Source: an uncultured Bacilli bacterium (GTDB lineage Bacteria; Bacillota_I; Bacilli_A; RF39; UBA660). From it: a DNA stretch of 64,000 nt. The translations under genes and the position numbers were made by a program. The notes beneath the pieces were generated by a model that was given only the letters and a program-made list of their open reading frames with translations, did not search any database and was not told the DNA's origin. Shown here piece after piece: positions 27,304-37,229 of the stretch. Position 1 is the stretch's first letter. Each line of letters opens with the position of its first letter. The stretch is taken from positions 45,975-109,974 of the forward strand of contig CAKOND010000002.1 in the NCBI GenBank assembly GCA_934096945.1, written 5' to 3'.

Positions 27304-28191
27304 ATGAGAAGTGGGTTTGTAAGTATTATAGGTAGACCGAATGTTGGTAAAAGTACTCTCATTAATGCTATTATAAATAGGAAGGTTGCTATTACAAGTA
27401 ATGTTTCTGGTACGACAAGAAATATTATTCAAGGGATATATAATGATAGTGATTCTCAGATAGTTTTTGTGGATACACCAGGAATACATAAACCAATTAA
27501 TAGACTTGGTAAAGTTTTAAATAAAGAAGCACTTGCTTCATCAAAAGATGTTGATCTTATATTATTTGTAGTTGATGTTGCATCAGGTATTGGTAAAGGT
27601 GACATGTTTATTTTGGATAACTTAAAGGGTAGTAGGGTTCCTGTTATACTAGTCCTTAATAAAATTGATGAAATTAGTACAGATAAATTATTTAGAACTA
27701 TTAATGAATTTAAAGATATTTATCCTTTTGTGGAAATTGTACCTACATCTGGTCTTAAAAATGATAATGTTGAACATTTAATAAGTGTTATTAAAAATTA
27801 TTTACATGATGAAGTTAAATATTTTCCAGATGAATATTATACATCAAGTAGTATTAAGTTTATGGTAAGTGAGCTTGTTAGAGAAAAACTTTTGCAAGTT
27901 ACAGAAGATGAAATTCCTCATAGTATTACTTGTTTTACAACTCTTTATGAAGAAAAGAAAGATATTGTAAATATTAATGTTGATATAATTGTTGATAGAG
28001 ATAATATAAAGAGAATAATTATTGGTAAAAATGGTAGTAGACTTAAAACTGTAGGGACACTTGCAAGAAAAGAAATTGAAGAAGAACTTACAGGTAAAAA
28101 AGTTTATCTTGAGTTATTTGTTAAAACAATAAAGAATTGGAAAGATAAAGAAAAGTACTTAATTGAATTAGGTTTTATAGATAATGAATAA
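27304..28191 (+). CDS. era: GTPase Era
   Basis: GRPNVGKST, DTPG and NKID G-motifs plus a KH domain. Confidence 0.95.
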   Translation: MRSGFVSIIGRPNVGKSTLINAIINRKVAITSNVSGTTRNIIQGIYNDSDSQIVFVDTPGIHKPINRLGKVLNKEALASSKDVDLILFVVDVASGIGKGDMFILDNLKGSRVPVILVLNKIDEISTDKLFRTINEFKDIYPFVEIVPTSGLKNDNVEHLISVIKNYLHDEVKYFPDEYYTSSSIKFMVSELVREKLLQVTEDEIPHSITCFTTLYEEKKDIVNINVDIIVDRDNIKRIIIGKNGSRLKTVGTLARKEIEEELTGKKVYLELFVKTIKNWKDKEKYLIELGFIDNE

Positions 28192-28231
28192 AATTTAGGG
28201 ATGTCACCCAATATATAATTAGGTGATAAAA

Positions 28232-28321
28232 ATGAATAAAGAAGAAGCATGGAAAAAGTTCCAAGAATCGGGAAAAGTAGAAGATTATTTACGTTATAAG
28301 GAAGCTGAAAAGAAGGATTAA
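28232..28321 (+). CDS. YqzL-like small protein (29 aa)
   Basis: MNKEEAWKKFQESGKVEDYLRYKEAEKKD sits in the conserved era-recO gap. It is absent from the ORF track because of its length. Confidence 0.55.
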   Translation: MNKEEAWKKFQESGKVEDYLRYKEAEKKD

Positions 28322-28323
28322 AT

Positions 28324-29049
28324 ATGCTAGAAGTAGATGGATTTGTTTTAAGTGAAATTCCATATGGTGAGTCTAGTAAAATAATAAATGTTTTAACTAG
28401 AGAGTATGGGGTAATTGGTATTATGTGTAAAGGTGCTAAGTCTTTAAAAAATAGATATAGAGTACCTACGATGAAGCTAAGTTATAGTCATTTTAACATA
28501 ATGTATAAAGAAAACAAATTATCTACCTTAGTTAGTGCTGATGTAATTAATTCCTTTAAACTTGTCAAAAGTGATATTCTTTTGGTAAGCTTTTTGGCGT
28601 ATTTAACGGAGCTTACTAGTCAAGTTGTTAAACAAAGTAATGATATAGAAAATATTTATGATGATTTTATAAAGACCATTTTAAAACTTGAAGATGGATT
28701 AGATCCGATAGTTTTAACTAATATTTTGGAAATTAAATATTTGGAATATTTAGGTGTTTTATTTAATTTGAATGAATGTGTTATATGTGGAAGTAAAAAT
28801 AATATAGCTACATTTGATGCTGATAAAGGTGGGTATATTTGTATAAATTGTTTAACTAATGAAATAATTGTGGATAAAAAGGTAATAAAAATGATAAGAA
28901 TGTATTATTATGTAAATATTGATTCAATTAAAGAAATAAAAGTTGATGATGTAACTAAGAATACTATAAATAAATATTTAGATTTATATTATGAAAGATA
29001 TACAGGGCTTTATTTAAATAGTAAAGACTTTTTAAAAAAATTAATGTAG
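28324..29049 (+). CDS. recO: DNA repair protein RecO
   Basis: OB-fold N-terminus and a CxxC...CxxC zinc site. Confidence 0.9.
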   Translation: MLEVDGFVLSEIPYGESSKIINVLTREYGVIGIMCKGAKSLKNRYRVPTMKLSYSHFNIMYKENKLSTLVSADVINSFKLVKSDILLVSFLAYLTELTSQVVKQSNDIENIYDDFIKTILKLEDGLDPIVLTNILEIKYLEYLGVLFNLNECVICGSKNNIATFDADKGGYICINCLTNEIIVDKKVIKMIRMYYYVNIDSIKEIKVDDVTKNTINKYLDLYYERYTGLYLNSKDFLKKLM

Positions 29050-29058
29050 GGTGGTAGT

Positions 29059-29652
29059 ATGGCAAATTTAACATTTTATTATGGAACAATGGCAGTTGGG
29101 AAAACAACTAAGTTATTACAAGATCATTATAATTATTCGAAATATTTGATTAATATAGTGGTTATGAAACCTAAAGTGGATACTAAAGGAAGTAATACTG
29201 TAGTAAATAGAATTGGGGAAAATATAAAAGTAGATGTTTTAATTCCAAAGAGTGCTAATCTGCTTAGTAAAAAGTATATGAGTAAGTTTATGTATGCTGA
29301 ATTTATTTTAGTTGATGAAGCACAATTCTTAAGAAGAGAACAAATTAATCAGTTGTGGTTTATTGCTCATAAATATAATATTTCTGTTATTTGTTATGGA
29401 CTTAAAAGTAATTTTAAAGGGGATTTATTCGAAGGCTCTGAACAGCTTTTTGCTCGAAGTGATGAAAAACATGAATTAACTGTTAATTGTTTGTGTGGAA
29501 AAACAGCGATGTTTAATGCTAGACGTGTTAATGGAAAATATAGTGCAAGTGGTAAAGAGGTTGTTATTGATGGTGCAAATGATGAAGTTGAATATATTCC
29601 TCTTTGTGCTGATCATTATTTAGAATATGTTATGAATGGAAGGTATAAATAA
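29059..29652 (+). CDS. tdk: thymidine kinase
   Basis: P-loop GTMAVGKTT; C-terminal Zn ligands CLCG...CADH. Confidence 0.9.
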   Translation: MANLTFYYGTMAVGKTTKLLQDHYNYSKYLINIVVMKPKVDTKGSNTVVNRIGENIKVDVLIPKSANLLSKKYMSKFMYAEFILVDEAQFLRREQINQLWFIAHKYNISVICYGLKSNFKGDLFEGSEQLFARSDEKHELTVNCLCGKTAMFNARRVNGKYSASGKEVVIDGANDEVEYIPLCADHYLEYVMNGRYK

Positions 29653-29679
29653 AGCTATTAATTTATAACTATTGAAAAA

Positions 29680-29705
29680 ATAGACTAGAATTAGTCTTTT
29701 TTCTT
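29680..29705 (+). terminator. tdk terminator
   Basis: agacta-gaa-ttagtct followed by a T-run. Confidence 0.65.
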
Positions 29706-29791
29706 TTGAAAATAATAAAATTAATCTTATATTTCTTGTAATTAATAATATATTTAGGTATAATTATATTTATCAAAGGAGTGATTTATTT

Positions 29792-31165
29792 ATGAAAGTA
29801 ACTATGGAAGAATTAGTTAACTATTGTAAACAATATGGTTTTATTTTTCAAGGAAGTGAAATATATAATGGACTTGCTAATTCATGGGATTATGGTCCAG
29901 TTGGTACAAATTTAAAAGAAAATATAAGAAAAGCTTGGAAGAAGAAATTTATTCAAGAAAATCCTTATAATGTTGGTCTTGATGCTGCGATTATTATGAA
30001 TCCAAAAGTATGGGTTGCATCTGGGCATGTTGCTTCTTTTGCAGATCCACTAATTGATTGTAAGAAGTGTAAGGCAAGACACAGAGCTGATAAACTAATT
30101 GAAGACTTTACTCATGGTGAAGTTACTGGTGATGGTTGGGATAATGAAAAATTAGAAAACTTTATTAAAGAAAACAATATTACTTGTCCAGTATGTGGTA
30201 AAAGTGATTTTACACCGATTAGAAAGTTTAACTTATTATTTGAAACATCTATTGGGGTAACTGATGATACTAAAAATACGGTTTATTTACGTGGAGAAAC
30301 AGCACAAGGGATTTTTGTTAATTTCAAAAATATTGAAAGAAGTATGAGACTTAAAGTACCATTTGGTATTTGTCAAACTGGTAAAGCTTTTAGAAATGAA
30401 ATTACTCCGGGTAACTTTATTTTTAGAACTCGTGAATTTGAACAAATGGAACTAGAATTTTTCTGTAAACCTGATACTGATTTAGAATGGTTTGGTTATT
30501 GGAAAAATTATTGTATGGACTTTTTAAAGACTTTAGGTTTAGATAGTGATAATCTTAGATTTAGAGATCATGAAAAAGAAGAATTATCGTTTTATAGTAA
30601 AGCCACAACTGATATAGAATTTATGTTCCCAATGGGATGGGGTGAACTTTGGGGTATTGCTGATAGAACTGATTATGACTTAACTGTTCATCAAAATGCT
30701 TCAGGTGCAGATTTAAGATATATGGATCCTGAAACAAATGAAAAATATTTACCATATGTTGTTGAACCATCTGTTGGTCTTGATAGATTACTTTTAGCAG
30801 TTTTGACAAATAGTTATACTAAAGAAATGGTTGAAGGCGAAGAAAGAATAGTTTTAAAAATTCATCCAGCTTTAGCTCCATATAAAGTAACTATTCTACC
30901 ACTTATTAAAAAGGTTCATGCTGGTAAAGCAAATGATATTTATGCAACTCTATGCAAATATTTTGATTGTCAATATGATGAATCTGGTTCAATTGGTAAA
31001 AGATATAGAAGAAGTGATGCAATAGGTACACCATTTGCTATAACAATTGATGATAATACAATAGAAAATGATACTGTAACACTTAGAGATAGAGATACAA
31101 TGGAACAAATTACAATTAAAGTTGATGAATTAGTGTCATTTATTAGTAAAAAGATTGAGTTATAA
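29792..31165 (+). CDS. glyQS: glycine--tRNA ligase (single-chain GlyQS type)
   Basis: YGFIFQGSEIYNGLANSWDYGPVG and class II motifs. Confidence 0.95.
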   Translation: MKVTMEELVNYCKQYGFIFQGSEIYNGLANSWDYGPVGTNLKENIRKAWKKKFIQENPYNVGLDAAIIMNPKVWVASGHVASFADPLIDCKKCKARHRADKLIEDFTHGEVTGDGWDNEKLENFIKENNITCPVCGKSDFTPIRKFNLLFETSIGVTDDTKNTVYLRGETAQGIFVNFKNIERSMRLKVPFGICQTGKAFRNEITPGNFIFRTREFEQMELEFFCKPDTDLEWFGYWKNYCMDFLKTLGLDSDNLRFRDHEKEELSFYSKATTDIEFMFPMGWGELWGIADRTDYDLTVHQNASGADLRYMDPETNEKYLPYVVEPSVGLDRLLLAVLTNSYTKEMVEGEERIVLKIHPALAPYKVTILPLIKKVHAGKANDIYATLCKYFDCQYDESGSIGKRYRRSDAIGTPFAITIDDNTIENDTVTLRDRDTMEQITIKVDELVSFISKKIEL

Positions 31166-31177
31166 TTTTTAAAGCTA

Positions 31178-31274
31178 GAGAAAAATCTCTGGCTTTATTC
31201 TTTTTTATGTAGTATAATTTAATTAATAAGAAAAATATTGTGTAAAACTCTTGTAAAAATTTTAAAAGTTTGAT
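31178..31274 (+). repeat. left copy of the 97-bp direct repeat flanking the 7-gene cassette (contains the glyQS terminator and a TATAAT at 31213)
   Basis: 94 of 97 positions are identical to 37099..37195, with no indels. Confidence 0.95.
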
Positions 31275-31289
31275 TATTGGAGGTACTTT

Positions 31290-31784
31290 ATGTATTTGTT
31301 AGAAGAAATAAAAAAAATAGTAGATAATGGTTCTAAGAAAATTGCTATTTTTGTGGATATGGATGGCGTTGTAGCAGATTATAGATTTGGGGAGGGTGAA
31401 AATATAAAGAATAACAAACCAGGTGTATACTTAAATAAGAGACCCATATATACTACAATAAAAAATTTGCAAATAATCAACGAAAAGATTAATTGTGAAA
31501 TGTATATGCTTAGTTCCTGCTTATATAAGGAACAAGCAAATGAAAAACAAATGTGGCTTACAAAATATATGCCATTTATTAAAGATGAAAATAAAATTTT
31601 TGCTTTGTCAAAAAATTTTGAATCTAGAAAAAAAGTTAAGATTGATAAAATAAAAGAAAAATTGTATTCTGATGAAATTGAATTAGCTATTCTAATTGAT
31701 GATACACATGATATATTATTTTTAGCATTATCAGAATTAAAAGAAAAAGTAATTCCATTTCATGTGATAACTTTGATTGATTAA
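31290..31784 (+). CDS. HAD-superfamily 5'(3')-deoxyribonucleotidase (NT5C-like)
   Basis: IAIFVDMDGVVADY (DxDxV motif) and LIDD near the C-terminus. Confidence 0.7.
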   Translation: MYLLEEIKKIVDNGSKKIAIFVDMDGVVADYRFGEGENIKNNKPGVYLNKRPIYTTIKNLQIINEKINCEMYMLSSCLYKEQANEKQMWLTKYMPFIKDENKIFALSKNFESRKKVKIDKIKEKLYSDEIELAILIDDTHDILFLALSELKEKVIPFHVITLID

Positions 31785-31797
31785 GGAGGAGAATGAT

Positions 31798-33306
31798 ATG
31801 AATTATGATGTAATAATAGATTGTTATACAGATGAACCCTCTGGATTAGGTGTACCACCATATCTAAGTGTACATTCTAGATATATAGCAGGTGTTTTAA
31901 AAAATAAGTCCATTAATTATTATTATTTAACTATTGATGATTTGCGTTTTGCAAATGGAGAAAAAAACTATAAAGATTCATATAATAAAAGAATAATAAA
32001 CAGAACAAAAAATGCTAATAACGTTTCAAAAATATTGAAAAATGCAACAAATATTTATGTGGTAATGGGATGTTTTGTTAAATATGAGTATGTATCTGCA
32101 GAGCCACCTACTTTTTTAGAAGTTGAAAAACTATTAAAAATTTTTTGCAACCAAAAAACTAATAAATTATTATTTTATTCTCTTGGAGGAAGTGAGTTAA
32201 CAAGAGAAAATGTAAGAAAAACAGTACCTAATAATTTGTTCGATGATATTATTTTTGGTAATACTTATAATTATTTTGTTGAAGAAAATGGTGATAAATT
32301 TAAACCTAATTACGATAAACTAAGACAAATTGCGATTGATTCCTCAAGTGTATTAGATCAACTAGAAAGACCAGTTATAATTGAAATAGAAACTGCTACA
32401 GGGTGTAATAGAAATCCAGGATGCTCGTTTTGTATAGAAGGAATGAGGGGATTACCACTACAATTTAGAGAAAAAGAAGATATTATAGATGAGATTAAAA
32501 GTTTATATAACAAAGGAGCCTTGTATTTTAGACTAGGAAGACAACCTAATTTTTATGCATATAAAAATTGTAATGTTGAGGAAATTGAGAATTTATTTAA
32601 AGGCATTTGGGATGTATGTCCAAATATAAAAACATTACATATAGATAATGTTAGTCCTCATAATGTAAATACGGAAGAAGGGGAAAGAATAACTGAAATT
32701 GTAGCTAAATATACTACTGCAGGAAATATTACACCATTTGGGATTGAGTCGTTTGATCCAATAATAAGAGAAAAATGTAATTTAAATGGGTCTTTGGATG
32801 ATATTCATAAGTCAATAACCATAATTAATAAGTATGGAAAAAAAAGAGAAGAAAATGGATTACCTAAATTACTTCCTGGTATTAATATAATTTATGGATT
32901 AGATGGACAAAATAAAAATACCTTAAAATATAATTTAGATAATTTTAATAAAATTTTGAATTCCGGAAATTGGGTACGAAGGGTTTTTGTTAGAAAATTA
33001 ACATCACCTTATGGAGAACAATTTGATAGTTATAGTGAAGAAGATTTGAAAGAATTTAATTTTTGGTGCAAAAAAATAGAAACTGAATTTATTGTTCCAA
33101 TGTTAAAAAAAGTTTTTCCAATTGACTTAGAAATTAGTGAGTTGAGAATGGAAATGTATAAAGATGGTAATTCGATTTTAAGGCAAATGGGAACGTGTCC
33201 AATAAGAGTTTTAATATTAAATAGTGAACTGGAATTAGATAAATTTTATAAAGTTAAGGTAGTTGGATACGTCGGTAATAGAACGATTATTGGAGATCTA
33301 ATATGA
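31798..33306 (+). CDS. radical SAM protein with N-terminal extension
   Basis: Cys triad in ETATGCNRNPGCSFCIEG. SD AAGGAGG. Confidence 0.7.
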   Translation: MNYDVIIDCYTDEPSGLGVPPYLSVHSRYIAGVLKNKSINYYYLTIDDLRFANGEKNYKDSYNKRIINRTKNANNVSKILKNATNIYVVMGCFVKYEYVSAEPPTFLEVEKLLKIFCNQKTNKLLFYSLGGSELTRENVRKTVPNNLFDDIIFGNTYNYFVEENGDKFKPNYDKLRQIAIDSSSVLDQLERPVIIEIETATGCNRNPGCSFCIEGMRGLPLQFREKEDIIDEIKSLYNKGALYFRLGRQPNFYAYKNCNVEEIENLFKGIWDVCPNIKTLHIDNVSPHNVNTEEGERITEIVAKYTTAGNITPFGIESFDPIIREKCNLNGSLDDIHKSITIINKYGKKREENGLPKLLPGINIIYGLDGQNKNTLKYNLDNFNKILNSGNWVRRVFVRKLTSPYGEQFDSYSEEDLKEFNFWCKKIETEFIVPMLKKVFPIDLEISELRMEMYKDGNSILRQMGTCPIRVLILNSELELDKFYKVKVVGYVGNRTIIGDLI

Positions 33307-33944
33307 AAAAAATAGGATTATTAATACCTAAAACCAATTTAACTGTTGAATACGAATTACAAATGCTTTTTAGTAAAGGATATTTTGATAATAAAAAAAG
33401 TGCGTTTTATACGTTTAGATTAAATTATAAAACAAGTTATAAAGAAAATAAATCGAAGTTTCTTGAAGAACTTGCTATGGATATAAATAATAAAAAAAGA
33501 GATTCAGCATATCTAGGCATAGATTATAATGCATTTTTTTGTACTACTTCAGCTATAGAAAACATGGTTGAAGAAATAAATCCGACCGTTTCATTAATTG
33601 AAGAATCAAAATTAAGGAATATAAAAAAATGTTTATTAATAACACCCTATAATAATAAATTGGGAAGAGAGATTGTAAGAGTGTTAGAAGACCATGAAAT
33701 TAAAGTTGTCAAAAATATAAATTTAGATTTAGTATGTACAACTGATTATTTTAATTATGGATTTAACAAGTTAGAAAATTTAATAAAAGAAAATTATTTA
33801 GATGAATATGGAAATATTATTATATCTTGTACAAATTTACCTACAATTAGTGTAATTGAGAGCTTGGAGAATAAGTTGAATACGCAAATTGTTTCAAGCA
33901 ATTCTAGCTTATTTGCAAAGATAAAGAGAGATAATAATATTTGA
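33303..33944 (+). CDS. Asp/Glu racemase-superfamily protein (maleate isomerase / arylmalonate decarboxylase-like)
   Basis: IGLLIPKTNLTVEYE; both catalytic-position Cys are present (FFCTTSA, ISCTNL); VSSNSS near the C-terminus. Confidence 0.7.
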   Translation: MKKIGLLIPKTNLTVEYELQMLFSKGYFDNKKSAFYTFRLNYKTSYKENKSKFLEELAMDINNKKRDSAYLGIDYNAFFCTTSAIENMVEEINPTVSLIEESKLRNIKKCLLITPYNNKLGREIVRVLEDHEIKVVKNINLDLVCTTDYFNYGFNKLENLIKENYLDEYGNIIISCTNLPTISVIESLENKLNTQIVSSNSSLFAKIKRDNNI

Positions 33945-33955
33945 AGGAGTTAAGT

Positions 33956-34717
33956 ATGACAAGGGAAGAATTTAAAAACGTTATTAATATTTGTAGTAAT
34001 CAAGAGGAGGTCAGAAATGCAGTAAAAAAAAATCACGATAATAACTTATGGTGGCCTCTTGATGTAGATGATTATAGAAAAAGGTTACTAATTGCTGGTC
34101 TTTCTACTAGAATTTCTTATAATATGATAAATAAATATAGAAAAGTAATAAATGATTTAAATAGTTACAATTATGGTGAAATCAAAAATAAGAATCAAGC
34201 TCAACTTATTGATATAATTAGAGGGTTAGGATTATCAAGTACAAGATGTAAATACTTATTATCAATGATTAGTTTTATAGAAAAGTATGATGAAGAAATA
34301 AAATTGTTGTCTAATGATGACTTAATTAAACTAATTGCTACCAATGTGAGTGGTGCATCTTATAAAGTTGCACAGTGCTGTGTTTTATATGTTAGGGGAT
34401 ATTATTCTGGTATAATGCCAGTTGATAGTGGTATGAAGGATGTAGAATTGCCTTGTTTAGGATTTGGACAATATAAAAATGCCTTGGGACATGAAATTTT
34501 AAGAAAAGAATTAGAAACATTGGTTAAAGATAATAACATGGAAAAAATAATAGAACAAAATGGATATGAAAAACTTAAAGTGGAAAATTATGACAACGCT
34601 ACATGGTTTTGTCATCTGGTTTTGGTATATTATAAACGCTTTTTTTGTAATAAACATCATCCGGAAAATTGTCCATTAAAAGAATACGTTGATGTAAAAT
34701 GTAAGTGTAGAAAATAA
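33956..34717 (+). CDS. HhH-GPD superfamily (DNA-glycosylase fold) protein with Cys-rich C-terminus
   Basis: HhH-like VSGASYKVAQCCVLY followed by PVDSG. C-terminal Cys residues: FCNKHHPENCPLKEYVDVKCKC. Confidence 0.6.
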   Translation: MTREEFKNVINICSNQEEVRNAVKKNHDNNLWWPLDVDDYRKRLLIAGLSTRISYNMINKYRKVINDLNSYNYGEIKNKNQAQLIDIIRGLGLSSTRCKYLLSMISFIEKYDEEIKLLSNDDLIKLIATNVSGASYKVAQCCVLYVRGYYSGIMPVDSGMKDVELPCLGFGQYKNALGHEILRKELETLVKDNNMEKIIEQNGYEKLKVENYDNATWFCHLVLVYYKRFFCNKHHPENCPLKEYVDVKCKCRK

Positions 34718-34733
34718 ATGGTAAAGGGAGATT

Positions 34734-35234
34734 ATGATGTTAATAGTAGAAGGTATAGATGGTGTAGGTAAAACAACTTTAGTTCAATATTTAGAAAATT
34801 ATGGAATGAAAAAATATCATTTTAATTATGATTCTCAGAATATGGATTTGTTTTCAAAGTATATGAAGGTTTTATTGGAAAATAATAGTGAATTGATATT
34901 GGATAGGTCATTTATTAGTGAAATGGTATATGGGCCTGTTATAAGAAATAAGTGTAAATTGAGTCTTGAGGAATATACTAAAATATTGCTTGCATATAGA
35001 AATGTTGGTACTCAAATTATTTATTTAACAGCTCCTAAGAAGATTTTACTAAAACGAAGAACTACTGAAAAAAATGATTATGAAATTATCATGAATTATT
35101 ATGAAGAATTAAATCAAAAGTATGATGAAATTATGAAATATTCTTCTAATTTTTTAGATGTAATTACAATAAATACTTATGAAGCTAATATTGAACAAGT
35201 TAGAAGTCAAGTAAAAAAATTGGTGAGAAAATGA
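34734..35234 (+). CDS. thymidylate-kinase-like P-loop nucleotide kinase
   Basis: IVEGIDGVGKTT P-loop and LDRSFISEMVYG (DR motif). Confidence 0.7.
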   Translation: MMLIVEGIDGVGKTTLVQYLENYGMKKYHFNYDSQNMDLFSKYMKVLLENNSELILDRSFISEMVYGPVIRNKCKLSLEEYTKILLAYRNVGTQIIYLTAPKKILLKRRTTEKNDYEIIMNYYEELNQKYDEIMKYSSNFLDVITINTYEANIEQVRSQVKKLVRK

Positions 35235-36787
35235 TTGATTTATGTTATGTAGGCAACTCTTCTAATGATAAAATTATCGTAAATGGTGAAACTTTTGATG
35301 AATTGGGAGGAAGTTGTATATATTCAAGTTTTTCTTCTAGATCTTCTTATGGTGGTAGTATTGCAATAATAAGTAAAATTGATAATGATACACAACTATT
35401 ATTGAAAAAGAAACGAATAGAGTTCTATGGTACTATTGTTAATAAAATGCCGGAGTTTTTAATTGATGAATCAAAGGCAACTTGCGAATCACGATTTTAT
35501 AATACAGATGCAATTAAATTGAAATCAAAAATTAATGTTAATTATTTGCACATATCACTACGAAGAGGTGTTGATGTTGATTCATTCATAGAGAATAAAT
35601 TATTGAATTATAATCATCTTTCAGTAGATGTAATGATACATAGTGTTGTAGATTTTATACCGATGATAGAAAAATACGTTTCAAAAATAGAAATTTTATT
35701 TTGCAATATTAATGAATATAATATAATAAGAAAATATATAAGAGATATCCCATTAGTAATAGTAACAAATGAAAATAAACCTGTTTTTGTGATAACCCCA
35801 TTTAAAACAATTAGCTATGATGTAATAAAAAATGAGAATGTTAAATCTACTACTGGTGCTGGAGATTCATTTATAGGTGGTTTTTTGTCAAAATATATAA
35901 TTAACCAGAATATAGATGAATCGGTTTCACAAGGTATTTACAATTCTAGTAAATCCATAGAAAAAATTGGTCCTTTAGTGTCTGTTCAACCATCTACAGA
36001 TAGTATTGTAAAATTAAAATTACTTCCTAATAATATTATAGTTATAGGTAATTCATGTGCTGGAAAAACAACATTTATAGATTATTTTATGAAGAATTAT
36101 GGTATATATTCGGTTATTGATGATTTAGATCCATTACTAGAAACTTTTATGTTAGATGATTTGTTATATCAAAATAGAATAGGTGAGTTTAAAAGGATAC
36201 AAAACAAACTTAAATATATTAATAATATATGGGAGGAGTATAACGATAATTTGGATGCAATAAATCCTTATACAATGCCGACAAAACATGGTAGTGGTCA
36301 CGATATAATAAGACCAATTTTATGGGATTATATAATTCAAATGGCTACTAAAAATTCAGAACGTCATAATATAATACAATTTTCAAGAGGTAGAGATGAA
36401 CTATATGAATCTCAATTTTTAGAAAATGCATATTCTCGTAGTATAGGGGGGTTTATCAATAATTTGGAAAATAATAACAATTCTATAATTATTAATTTGG
36501 TTTCAGACTTAAAAACAAGAAAAAATAGAAATATAATTAGATTTAAAAATGGGGGACATTATGTTTCAGACGATACTATGAATAAAGTGTATTCAAAAGA
36601 CATATTTAAATATGTAAAGACTGGTAAAAGTTTTGGCTATTTTATGGTTTTGGAAAAAATTATTCCAGTATATACTATTATTAACGATAAAACGCTTAAT
36701 AAGATTGATTTAGATAAATTTTTAGAGTATAATGTTAATAGGGTATTAGAATATTACAATAAATTTAAGGAGGAAACATGGAGCTAA
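35231..36787 (+). CDS. two-domain protein: PfkB (ribokinase-like) kinase fused to a second P-loop kinase-like domain
   Basis: TTGAGDSFIGGF PfkB signature around aa 205; second-domain Walker A VIGNSCAGKTTF. Confidence 0.65.
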   Translation: MIDLCYVGNSSNDKIIVNGETFDELGGSCIYSSFSSRSSYGGSIAIISKIDNDTQLLLKKKRIEFYGTIVNKMPEFLIDESKATCESRFYNTDAIKLKSKINVNYLHISLRRGVDVDSFIENKLLNYNHLSVDVMIHSVVDFIPMIEKYVSKIEILFCNINEYNIIRKYIRDIPLVIVTNENKPVFVITPFKTISYDVIKNENVKSTTGAGDSFIGGFLSKYIINQNIDESVSQGIYNSSKSIEKIGPLVSVQPSTDSIVKLKLLPNNIIVIGNSCAGKTTFIDYFMKNYGIYSVIDDLDPLLETFMLDDLLYQNRIGEFKRIQNKLKYINNIWEEYNDNLDAINPYTMPTKHGSGHDIIRPILWDYIIQMATKNSERHNIIQFSRGRDELYESQFLENAYSRSIGGFINNLENNNNSIIINLVSDLKTRKNRNIIRFKNGGHYVSDDTMNKVYSKDIFKYVKTGKSFGYFMVLEKIIPVYTIINDKTLNKIDLDKFLEYNVNRVLEYYNKFKEETWS

Positions 36788-37077
36788 AAAAAATTCAAAA
36801 AGATATTTGGCAAAATAAATTAAATAAGGGATTCAATACAACTGATGTGAACAAAGAGTTTTGTTTATTATATGGAGAAGTAGCTGAAGCATATGATGCT
36901 TGGAAAAAGAAAAAAGAAGATTTAAATGAAGAATTGGCTGATATTGCTATTTATTTGATGGGATTATCTGAAATGTTAGGGTTTGACTTAGAAGACGAAA
37001 TAGAAAAGAAAGTTTCTAAAAATGCAAAACGTGTGTATAAAAATATAAATGGCGTTAATGTACGCATAAGTGACTAA
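36778..37077 (+). CDS. MazG-like all-alpha NTP pyrophosphohydrolase
   Basis: LLYGEVAEAYDAW...EELADIAIYLMGL...KNAKR pattern. Confidence 0.7.
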   Translation: MELKKIQKDIWQNKLNKGFNTTDVNKEFCLLYGEVAEAYDAWKKKKEDLNEELADIAIYLMGLSEMLGFDLEDEIEKKVSKNAKRVYKNINGVNVRISD

Positions 37078-37098
37078 TCTTGAAACCTTTTAAAACTG

Positions 37099-37195
37099 GA
37101 GAAAAATCTCTGGTTTTATTCTTTTTTCTCTAGTATAATTTAATTAATAAGAAAAATATTGTGTAAAACTCTTGTAAAAATTTTAAAAGTTTGAT
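37099..37195 (+). repeat. right copy of the 97-bp direct repeat (carries the promoter in front of sepF)
   Basis: See 31178..31274. Confidence 0.95.
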
Positions 37196-37229
37196 AAAAT
37201 GGGATAGTAGACTAGGGAGGAAATCGATT

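Noticed and set aside
29653-29791. An expected T-box leader upstream of glyQS.
   Set aside because: The spacer is only about 140 nt and holds just the tdk terminator and a TATAAT promoter. There is no Stem I AGAGA/GNUGG element or T-box core, unlike the serS leader.
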